Shown in pieces: positions 26,434 through 37,443 of a stretch of 64,000 bases of DNA (positions are counted from its first letter, which is position 1; each line of letters starts with the position of its first letter). The stretch is from Mobula hypostoma (Eukaryota), in contig NC_086124.1 in NCBI RefSeq assembly GCF_963921235.1, positions 24,242,001 through 24,306,000 of the forward strand. The letters are read 5' to 3'. Below the pieces are notes generated by a model. That model was given only the letters and a program-made list of their open reading frames with translations. It was not told the DNA's origin and ran no database searches. The position numbers were made by a program, and so were the translations under genes.

Positions 26434-27075
26434 GAGGCGACCGGGATCGCATAGATTTCTCTGATCAAAGCGCTCAAAAAATGGCTTTTTAAAAGAAAAA
26501 TAACCAGAATCCAGGAACATATCCAATATGAACCGCAGAGTCTCCCAAAATGAGTGTCCAATTGATCCTTGCAATGTTGATCCCAAGACTCCTGTGTTTC
26601 CCTCTGCAGCTAACAAGAGGGAGAGGAAGACCAATCATACACTGGCAAGTTGAAAGAAGGTTGAACTTCTGCTTGTCCTCGATGCTCATCCTCGTTGACT
26701 TCAACCTTACTCAATGCCTCAGTTGGAGAAAAGCAACAGTCTCGATCATGTTTCCAGGCCACAAATTCTGCTCCAAACCTCACTGAATTTCCTTGGAGAC
26801 AGTAAAGCACCAGATTGCTCAACCAGTCCAAAAACACACCATCAAAATGTAAATTACAGGTTCCAATGGCACGCCGATTAATAGTGGAACTTCATTTGAA
26901 ATACAAAGGAGTAAAAGAAGCATATTTGTGAACTGTCAACAGGACATTGTCGTTGGTCATGCTGTTCGCTGGGCCACCTTGTGTGAACCAAACTGGAATC
27001 ATAACGTCACTTTTGTGAAACACTTCATGATCCCTCTTGGGTTGTAAGAGATCTCCATTACAGCGTCAGCTGGCG
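26434..27075 (-). pseudogene. Unidentified decayed reading frame (non-TE-like), duplicated at 55094-55750
   Basis: ...VMIPVWFTQGGP...GTCNLHFDGVFLDWLSNLVLYCLQGNSVRFGAEFVAWKHD...; only two stops shared by both copies over about 190 codons. Confidence 0.4.
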
Positions 27076-27905
27076 AACTGGGTCTTTCTTTATTACTCAA
27101 CTAGATTTAACTGCAAGTCTTAAAGACAGATTAGCTTTGTTTGTCATGTTTATGTCGAACATACAGTTAAATGCGTCATTTCCATCAATGGCCAACACAG
27201 TCCAATGATGTGCTGGGGGGTGGTGGGGTCACACTTCCTGAGGCAACAGTTTACTTGCAATTTACTAATCCTAACCCGTATGTCTTTGAGACACAGGACG
27301 GTGTTCAGGTACACCACAAGAAACAGTTCACTGTGTTTATGGAAGGTAGAATGAGGGACGCCAATCAGGAGGGTGTGGAACAGTAAAATCTGGGGTTAAC
27401 AGCAGCATGGGTGGGGGTTTTGCCAGGTGGAAGGCAGGATGGAGTGGATGATGATCAGCTCGTGGACAGAGTTGGTTTTTGTGAGCATGCCACATGTGTG
27501 ATTTAAAATGTAGGGAGTTAACAACAATATCAAGTCTACAAATTGGTTCCGGTTCAGACACTTGGAGGCAAATAGAGTCAGTGTTTGAGACTGAGGCAGT
27601 GATGGGGACAAAAACAACCGAGACCAACTATTTGCTATTAAATGGTGTTTAGGGCTGTTTCAGGACTTAAGCTTCAGAATTTTATTTATTTATTGTGATA
27701 CAACATGGAATAGGTCCTTCTGGCCCTTTGATCCGCACCACCCAGCAGTTCCCAATTTAATCTTAGCCTAATCACAAGACAATTTACAATAACCATTTAA
27801 CTTATCAACTGGAATATGGGAGGAAACCCATGGGGCAGGGAGAGAACATATAAACTCCTTACAGGCAGTGGCAGGAATTGAACCCAAGTCACCTGTACTA
27901 TAAAG

Positions 27906-29093
27906 CAGCGGTCCGCAACCACCGGGCTGCGGACCGGTACCGGGCCGTGAGGAAACGATATGATTTGGCGATATGAGTCAGCTGCACCTTTCCTCATTCC
28001 CTGTCACGGCCACTGTTGAGCTTGAACGCACGTGAGGTCATTACCCGTGTGTCATCCATGTCAGCGCGGGTAGGAGATCAACTCCTCGAGCTTGCAAATA
28101 ACGGCGGGCTGAGAAGTATGTTTGACATAACATCTCTGCTGGCATTCTGGATCAAAGTCAAGGCTAAATATCCTGAGATAGCCACGAAAGCACTGAAACG
28201 TTGCTTCCATTTCCAACATATCTCTGCAAATGAACGCAATGAAAACTAAATCGCGGAATAGACTGGACATAAGGAACCCACTGCGAGTATCACTGTCTCC
28301 CATCACCCCTTGATGGGACTGTCTTGTTGCAGGAGAACAAGTATTCTGCCCAGGGCTCGCATTGATTCAGCGATATTGGTGCTTTGCAATGATGCTGTAT
28401 GTTCATACGGGGAAAATATGTGCTGCGTGTTTAATCTCCAAACGTTACTTAAAATGTTATGCTATTGACTTATAAGTGACTTATATAACCATATAATATT
28501 TGCAGCACGGAAACAGGCGATCTCGGCCCTCCTAGTCCTTGCCGAACACTACTCATACGTAGCCCACCAACCTGCACTCAGCCCATAACCCTCCATTCTT
28601 TTCCTGTCCATGCACCTAATTTTTCTTTAAATGATAATACCGAACCTGCCTCTACCACTTCTACTGGAAGTTCATTCAACACTTACTTCAAGCTCCCCTG
28701 GCCTTCCCTGATAATTGACGTATCACTATATTCGTGTGAGGAAAATATGCGCTGTGTGTTTGATATTAAATTCATTAGATAAACCCTTTTAGGAGCGAAA
28801 TTGAGTGTACTAGCCACTTATCACCTATATTGCAGTCGTGATTAACACTCCCCCCCCACAAACAGAATCGCCAAAGCCGATTTGCAGAAAAAAATTGGCA
28901 CGTACACGCATGCGCACGCAGGTACCCGCGCAAGGCTTCATGGTAATTGTATAGTCTTTCTTGGGGATAAACACAACGTATTTGACTGCTACTCTTGTCC
29001 ATTGGCAACCCCCCCCCCCCCCGGTCGGCCAGCCCACAACAATATTGTCAATATTAAACCGGTCTGCAGTGCAAAAAAGGTTGGGAACCCCTG
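27906..29093 (+). mobile_element. Non-autonomous hAT, same family as 1453-2671
   Basis: TIRs. Perfect TSD CTATAAAG (27898-27905, 29094-29101). Inserted in a SINE; empty site at about 53400. Confidence 0.95.
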
Positions 29094-32000
29094 CTATAAA
29101 GCACTACACTGCCATGCTACCCCATCTTGATCTTTAACAATTCACACCAGGAACTTGGTGAGCATTTTCATGGAACTGTTTCCTCTCACAGACAGCATGG
29201 TAGTGTAACTCTTTACAGTGCCTGTGATTGGGGTTCAATTCCTGCCGCAGTCTTTATAGCATTTGTATGTTCTCCCCATGACCCCATGCGTTCTCTCCCA
29301 TATTCCAAAGACATACATTAGGGTTAGTAAGTTGTGGGCTGGTGCTGGAAGTGTGGTGACACATATAGCTGTCCAGCACAATCCTCAGACTGTGTTGGTA
29401 GTTGACACAAACAATGCATTTCACTGTATGTTTCAATGTACCTATTGTTATGTAACAGGCAATAATGAATATCAATCGAGACAGGTTATATAAAATCAAT
29501 CAAACATTTATTAAACACGGATAAACACTAAAAAACAAACGAAAACCTTAACTGGAAGTTAACCGCTATGCGGCTGTTCAACAAACCGTCACTTGCTACT
29601 CGTTAAGTGCAAAAACAGTTCTTAAAGCGGTAAAGTCAAATACAGTTCTTAAAATGGTAAATTCGGAAGTCCAACAGATTTATATATTCAAATGGCGAGA
29701 GACTTCTCTGGAGAAGGATTTCTTCATAGATGCGCCTTTCCTGTTGGGTCTGTCCAAAGGATTCACGATGCAGGAAATACACGGCTTAAAACAACTGACC
29801 TTAATTTCTAGAGAGCAAACCTTGCATGAACTTCCTTGCTCCTTTGACAAGAGTTATCTACGATGCAGGTCACTACTTCTTCAACAAAGACTCAATAAGG
29901 TCGATCCTTTGTTAAACTGCCGAACGATACCAACTTCTCTTAATCCTTCGTGTCCTGTACTTCGATAAAGTCTTCACTCTCCAGTACTGCTGGAAAAAGG
30001 TACATCAACACATCTAGCAAAAATTGCCAGTCCAGCAATATGGTACCTTGCAACAGAACTTAACACTCCGTTTTAAAAATGAAACTGTGTCATAAAATAA
30101 ATACGCAGTAGAAACAGAGACACACTAACGTTCTAGCTGGAAAACTAAAAACTGAAAAAAACTAACTGCGTCATCTGAGGTCTTCCCTTATATACCCGTG
30201 GTGAGCATGTCATCACGTGACCTCACATCGGTGGGAAAATTACATCAGGTGACCTCCAAAAGACCATTACACCATTCTCACAAGAACTCCTTCAGGTATG
30301 TAACACCTCCCTCCAAAAAAAATTTTGGTTTCTTAAAGAACAAAATTTTAACAATTAACACTTTACACAAAAAAATACAAAGGTATAAAATTTACAACAT
30401 ACACAATATATACAGTCTTACCTTTCAGCACTTTACAAACTAATATACAGTAGGAATGTAACAAATGTTAAAATACCACTCCAAAAAAAATTCTTTGTAC
30501 ATTTAACATCTATATAGACTATCAGTGATCACATTATCTTTACCCTTAATATGAGTGATCAAAATATTATACTCCTGTAACATTAAACTGTGTTACTAAA
30601 TTGGAGTTTAATTTCCTTAACCCTTTTCCTTAACGGTCACAGTGGCATGACCAAATTCACTGTTAGCTAAGTTAATAGTTAAGTTAGCTTTTGAAAGTCT
30701 CTCAAATAGTTTCTTCACTGCAGTAATATGTGCTTTCCACGTATTGTTTCCTGCAACTAAATCATCAATATAGGCATCTGTATCTTTTAATCCCTGAATC
30801 ACATTATTAATCATCCTCTGAAAAGTACTTGGTGCATTCTTCATCCCAAATAGAAGAACATTATATTCATATAACCCAGATGGGGTTACAAATGCTGAAA
30901 TCTCTCTACCTCTATCACACCAATAACCTTTTAATAAATCAATCTTTGTAAGGGATTTGGCTTGTCCAACTTTATCCACACAATCATGTACCCTAGGGAT
31001 TGGATATGCATCAGTTTTTGTCACATAATTCACCTTCCTGTAATCTGTACAAAACCTAATACTATTGTCTGGCTTAGGCACCATAACACACGGTGAACTC
31101 CAATTTGAATTAGAATGTCTAATAATATCATTCTCTAACATTTACTTAATTTTTTGTTCAGCAAGTTCACATTTTTCCCTGTTCATTCGATACGGATGTT
31201 GTTTTATGGGCTTTGCATCTCCAACATCTACATCATGTGTAGCTACAGTGGTTCTTCTAGGAACGTCTGGAAATAAATCTCTATATTTAAAAATTAACTG
31301 TTTCATCTGCTCTCTCTGCTCTGGCTGTAAATGAGCTAATTTTTCATCAATATTTTCGAGAATTTTTGAATTTGGCAACCTGGCTGAAATAATGTTGGGT
31401 TTAAAATGAGTTTCAGATGAATCATCCATTAAGTTTTTATCAAGATCAGACTCATTATTGATCACATCAGTCATCGTATCAGCTTCTCTCTCATAATATG
31501 CTTTTATCATATTTATATGACACAGCTGTGCCGTCTTTCTTCGATCTGGGTTTTTTTTACCACGTAATCCGTATCATTTACCTTGGATTTAATCTCATAA
31601 GGACATGAAATTTAGCTTATAATGGCTTTGTTTGCACCGGGAAAAGAACCAATACCTTATCCCCAGTCTTAAATGACCTCATCCTAGCTTCCTTATCATA
31701 CCAAGTCTTCATCTTCTCTTGAGCTAATTTTAAATTTTCCGTGGTCAAACTATAAGCTTTATATAATCTTTCTTTAAATTTTAAAACATAATCTAGCAAA
31801 TTAGTGTGTAAATCTTTACTAATCCACTGTTCCTTCAACAAAGCTAAAGGTCCTCAAACTCTATGCCCAAACACAAGTTCAATAGGATTAAAACCTAATG
31901 ATTCCTGCACTGCCTCCCTTACTGCAAAAAGTAGTAAATGTATACCTTCATCCCAGTCCCTTACATTTTCCACACAATATATCCTAATCATAGTTTATAA

Positions 32001-32197
32001 TGTAGAATGAAATCTCTCCAAGGCTCCTTGCGATTCTGGATGATAGGCTGATGAGATAATCTGTTTTGCTCCCAGTTTATCAACTATCTGCTGAAACAAT
32101 CCCGACATAAAATTACTACCTTGATCCGATTGTATTTCCTTAGGCAACACAAAACAAGTAAAAAATTTTATAAGAGCCTTTGTCACAGTTTTGGCTG

Positions 32198-35100
32198 TCA
32201 TATTCCTTTCTTTCTTTCACAAATAGAGGAAGTATTAACTAATTGTAAAATCTGCCCCCAATCATCCACAGAAATGGTAAGCCCCAATTCCTGTTCCCAA
32301 TCTACCCTAATCTTATCAAATGGAGCTTTCCTAAGTTTCATAATAATATTATAAATCATAGCCGATGCACCTTTCTGACATGGATTAAGGTTAATTATCG
32401 AATCTAAAATATATATAGGAGGAAGCATTGGAAAGGAAGAAAGTATAGTACTTAGGAAATTTCTAACATGTAAATATCTAAAAAAATGTATTCTTGATAA
32501 GTTATATTTATTAGATAATTGTTCAAAAGACATAAGGGAACCATCTAAAAATAAATCCAAAAACCGTAAAATACCCTTAGTCTTCCAAGTTTGAAAAGCG
32601 CGATCCGTAAAAGAGGGAGGAAAAAATATGTTACCTAAAATAGGAATCGCTAACCCGAATTGATTAAGATCAAAAAATTTTCTGAATTGAAACCAAATAC
32701 GCAAAGCATATTTAACGATCGGGTTAGAGACCTGCTTAAGGCGTTTCGAATCAAAAGGAAGAGATGAACCTAAAATAGAACCAAGTGTATAACCCTGAAC
32801 AGATTGTAATTCCAATGCTACCCATTTAGGAATAGATAGTATATCCCGGTCAAGTAACCAAAATTTCATATGTCGAATATTAATAGCCCAATAATAAAAT
32901 CTAAAGTTAGGTAATGCTAAACCTCCATCTCTCTTAGCTTTCTGTAAATGTATTTTACCCAGTCTCGGATTCTTATTCTGCCAAATAAATGAAGAAATTT
33001 TAGAGTCGACTTTATCAAAAAAAGATTTAGGAACGAAAATTGGTAATGCCTGAAACACATATAAAAATTTTGGCAAAAAAAACATCTTAACTGCATTAAT
33101 ACGACCAATCAAAGTTAAATATAAGGGAAACCATTTAGATGAAAGTTGAGTAATATGGTCTATTAATGGTAAAAAGTTAGTCTTAAATAAATCTTTATGT
33201 TTACAAGTAATTTTAATCCCAAGATATGAAAGGTAATTATTAATCAATTTAAATGGAAATTTATAATATAAGGGAAGATGTTTATTAATCGGAAAAAGTT
33301 CACTCTTACTAAGATTTAATTTGTAACCTGAGAAAAGACCAAATTGTGCTAATAACTCTAAAACAACAGGAATAGATCTCTCAGGATTAGAAATATATAA
33401 AAGTAAATCATCAGCATAGAGTAATAATTTATGGGACTTTAATCCCCGAGTTATCCCAGTAATATTTGAAGATTCTCGAATAGCAATTGCAAGAGGTTCT
33501 AATGCAATATCAAATAATAGGGGACTAAGAGGACAGCCTTGTCGAGTACCACGAAAGAGAGGAAAAAAAGGTGAGTTTAAAGAGTTAGTACGAACCGAGG
33601 CTACAGGGGAGTGATATAACAGTTTAATCCAGGATATAAATTTCAAGCTAAAATTAAACATTTCAAGCACCTTAAATAAATAAGGCCATTCTACTCTATC
33701 AAAAGCTTTCTCGGCATCTAAAGAAATAACACACTCAGGAACATTTTGTGAGGGAGTATAAACGATATTTAACAATGTACGAATATTATAAAAAGAGTAA
33801 CGACCTTTAATAAAACCCGTTTGGTCTTCCGAAATAATAGAAGGAAGTACTTTTTCTAGTCTATTTGCTAATAACTTAGAAAAAACTTTAGAATCAACAT
33901 TTAATAAAGATATTGGTCTATAAGATGCACATTGAGCAGGGTCTTTATCCTTCTTTAGTATTAAAGAAATTGATGCTCTATTAAAAGATTCCGGAAGTTT
34001 ACCAAGTTTCAAAGAAGCCTCAAAAACCTTATAGAGCCAAGGAATCAATAAAGAAGCAAAACATTTATAAAATTCAACGGTAAACCCATCAGGGCCAGGA
34101 GCTTTCCCCAGATTCATAGAAAAAATAACATTCTTAATCTCATCCATTGTAATGGAAGTATCTAATAAAGAAGACATATCCTGTGAAATCTGAGGAAAGT
34201 CTAACTTATCTAAAAAATCATTCATATATTTAGAATCTCGAGGAGACTCTGATTGATATAAAGAAGAATAAAAATCACAAAAGGTTTGATTAATCCCCAC
34301 ATGATCCAATATCAATCGATCATTTTGGTTATAAATCTGATTGATTTGAGATTTAACATAATTAGATTTCAATTGATTAGCCAGCAGCTTGCCAATTTTA
34401 TCACTGTGAACATAAAAATCACTTCTTGTTTTCTTTAATTGGTTTACAATCGAGGACGAGAGTAGTAAACTGTGTTCCATTTGAAGTTCAGTTCTTTGTT
34501 TGTATAGCTCCTCAGAAGGAGCCATAACATATTTCTTATCAATTTCTTTAATCTTGTCCACAATTGCCATCTCCTCCTGCTTCTGTTTCTTCCTCAAAGC
34601 AACGGAATACGAAATAATCTGACCCCGAATATAGGCTTTAAAAGTGTCCCAAAGAGTGTTAACCGAAATATCTTCTGTATGGTTAATTGTAAAAAAAAAG
34701 CTCAATCTGTTCATTCATAAAATTAACAAAGTCCGAGTCCTGAAGCAACAGCGAATTAAAACGCCATTGTCTATTGTTTGGTATATTGGCCATAATTTTA
34801 ATAGAAAGCTTAAGTGGAGCATGATCCGAAATGGTTATAGAATCATAATCACATTTAATCACTGAAGGAATGAGACGAGAATCAATAAAAAAATAATCAA
34901 TTCTTGAATAGGAATGATGAACATGTGAAAAAAAGGAAAAATCTTTTTCCTGAGGATGCAGAAAACGCCAGATGTCCGTCGACCCAGAATCAGAAAGGAA
35001 AAAATTAATCAAATTTGCAGATTTATTAGGTAAAGTCCGTAAAGGAGCCGAACGGTCCAAAGCTGGAGATAAACAGGTATTAAGATCTCCGCCCCAAATC

Positions 35101-35564
35101 AATGAAAACTCGTTCAAATTCGGAAACTGATCAAACAATGATTTATAAAATTCCGGACAATCCATATTAGGAGCATAAACATTAACCAAAACTACTTTTT
35201 TATTAAATAGTAAACCACTAACCAATAAAAATCTACCATTCGGATCAGAGATAATATCCTGTTGTATAAAAGTAACTGAGGAATCTATAAAAATAGAGAC
35301 GCCTCGAATCTTAGCATTGGAGTTCGAATGAAATTGTTGTCCCTTCCAGAATTTGAAAAAACGTAGTCTGTCCCCCCTCCGTACATGGGTCTCTTGTAAA
35401 AATAAAATTTGTGCTTTAAGTCTCCGGAACACTTTAAAAACTTTTTTTCTTTTAATAGGATGATTAAGACCATTAGTGTTCCAGGAGACAAAATTAATAA
35501 TAGACTCCATAAATCCTAAAGTCAACCCACAACAAGGAGGATTGACAATAGGCGCGACCCACAA
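32198..35564 (-). pseudogene. L1 ORF2 (EN+RT), one frameshift at a poly-T run near 34690, C-terminus missing
   Basis: SWNTNGLN, GGDLN, SDHAP; GKAPGPDG, SLDAEKAFD, QGCPLSP, YADD. Ends at QLVNTSSIC. Confidence 0.93.
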
Positions 35565-37113
35565 ACCCGGAGAGGAAACAGAACATACAAAAGATACCGG
35601 GGAAAAGGACGCAACCAGAACTTCAATAATGTATATAGCCCAAAGAAAAACAAACTAAAACGTGAAGCCCCTCCCGCCACCCCCCAGCCCAAGACCCCAA
35701 GGCAAAATCTAAAGCAGACCCGCCAGAAAGAAGCAAGCGCTAAAACTACCCCCATGACTTCCGGTATACGCTCCCTAAAAAAAAGGTATAAATATGAAAA
35801 GGATCAGCTAATTGTAAAACAGTAAAAAAATAAGTAAAAAAAAAGTTAGCTCAATTAGAATACACACAGAACAGAACAAAAGCCGGAAAATATATATTTA
35901 AAAAAAACCACAATAAACCTCAAACTCATGAATAGACACAGCAACAAAAAAAAATAGGATTATTAACATAAAGTGATTATAAAAAGCAAAACAGAATAAA
36001 ATTTAAACAAAAACTACAAAATTTAAGGCCGCACAGGAAATACGTAAGATGACAAAAGGGAAGTAACCACCCAGAATCCCCTGGGAAAAGAAAGAAATGA
36101 CGTAGTTAAAAAGAAAGTTTAGCAGCCATATTAAGAAATCGAAAGTAAACTTTTCTGCCCAAATAGGGCACAGAAAAGTTAAAACCAACCAATTCACAGC
36201 CTCCGATCAACGGAGAAAATTAAAAAGAAGGCAATTAAGATGTTGGAGATGAAAGTTGATCCAGATAACTCTGGGCATCCGATGGAGAATCAAAAAAACG
36301 AAGGACTCCATCTGACATGCGAATCCTTAGACGTGCAGGGTACAGCAGCGCTGGTCTTAAATCCATCTTATAGAATTCCGACATCACGGATCTGTAACGG
36401 ACCCGTTGGTCCCAGATTGGTTTACTGAAATCTTCCACGAATCGGAACTTAAGATCCGAAAAATCAATGAAACCTTTAGATCGAGCGAATCGAAACAGTC
36501 TCTCCTTGTCTTGAAAGTAATGAAAACGTAAGATAACATGCCTAGGTCTATCTGACCTAGACGAGTATGATGGGATTCTGTGAACACGATCCAGTAGCGG
36601 TGGTTGGTCAGGAAATACAGTAGGGAATGCATCTTTTAAAAGTTGGGAGAAATATTTCATGGGGTTGTTAGCTTCAACGGCTTCCCTCACGCCAATCATT
36701 CGTAAATTCTGCCGTCGCATTCTAGATTCCAAGTCAGAGTTTTTAAAAGTCAAAAAGTCAAGTTTCTTCTTCATTACATTAATTGTTTCTTCGATTTTCC
36801 CCATCTTAAGCTCACTTTGTTGCGCGAATTTTTGAAGATCAGATATAGCCGACTGATGTTCCGCAATACATGTTTGCATCTTATCAATTAAATCGGCAAT
36901 TTTCTGGAAATTAGTTGAGATTTCCGTATGAATCAGGTCTTTAACAAAGCCTGCAATTTCCGTACGAATCATCTCCCTAACAGAGGTTGAAATTTCCCTC
37001 TGAATTAACTCCGATATCGCTTTCAAAGTCACCAGTGATTCAGTCGGAGGGAGATCCGTAGCTTTCGGTTTAACCGGAGGTTTACCATCCTTGCCGTCTT
37101 TCCCGTTCTTAGA
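32208..37113 (-). mobile_element. Young L1-clade LINE, truncated at both ends, inserted in the Gypsy integrase
   Basis: 9-bp TSD CATATTCCT (32199-32207, 37114-37122). Contains ORF1, endonuclease 35564-34683 and an 838-aa RT ORF. Short (GAAA)n tail. Confidence 0.95.
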
Positions 37114-37443
37114 CATATTCCTAAGAGGTACTGCCTCTGGAAACCTAGACGCTGTGCACATAATAGTTAACAAATATTTATGTCCAGTTTTAGTCTTTGG
37201 CAAAGGACCTACACAACCTACAATGATTTTTGAGAACGGCTCACCACATGCTGGAACTGGTTGCAGTGGAGCCACTGGAGTAACCTGATTAGGTTTACCC
37301 ACAATTTGACACGTATGACATGTTCTACAAAATGTTGCCACATCTTTTCTTAAAATAGGCCAATAAAAATATTTAGAAACCTTGTTCATAGTTTTCTTTA
37401 CACCTAAATGACCACCGAAAGGAATACTATGAGCCATAGTCAA
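36235..37443 (-). CDS. Chimeric 402-aa ORF: Gypsy integrase N-terminus (~110 aa) fused in frame to L1 ORF1p
   Basis: ...TASRFPEAVPLRN|MSKNGKDGKDGKPP...LESRMRRQNLRMIGVRE...YPARLRI. Junction is at the TSD. Expression unknown. Confidence 0.7.
   Translation of the reverse strand: MTMAHSIPFGGHLGVKKTMNKVSKYFYWPILRKDVATFCRTCHTCQIVGKPNQVTPVAPLQPVPACGEPFSKIIVGCVGPLPKTKTGHKYLLTIMCTASRFPEAVPLRNMSKNGKDGKDGKPPVKPKATDLPPTESLVTLKAISELIQREISTSVREMIRTEIAGFVKDLIHTEISTNFQKIADLIDKMQTCIAEHQSAISDLQKFAQQSELKMGKIEETINVMKKKLDFLTFKNSDLESRMRRQNLRMIGVREAVEANNPMKYFSQLLKDAFPTVFPDQPPLLDRVHRIPSYSSRSDRPRHVILRFHYFQDKERLFRFARSKGFIDFSDLKFRFVEDFSKPIWDQRVRYRSVMSEFYKMDLRPALLYPARLRIRMSDGVLRFFDSPSDAQSYLDQLSSPTS

Noticed and set aside
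19190-26660. Possible second alpha1 exon on + (GIAFFAEVTG...KKRVTRIQEH...AMLIP..FPPT) split by the L1
   Set aside because: The MHC-like bits fall in three different frames, many stops are shared by both copies and there is no good donor.
26550-26786. ORF starting with hydrophobic MSVQLILAMLIPRLLCF
   Set aside because: Frameshifted in the twin, no phase-1 donor, and it overlaps the better-supported antisense frame.
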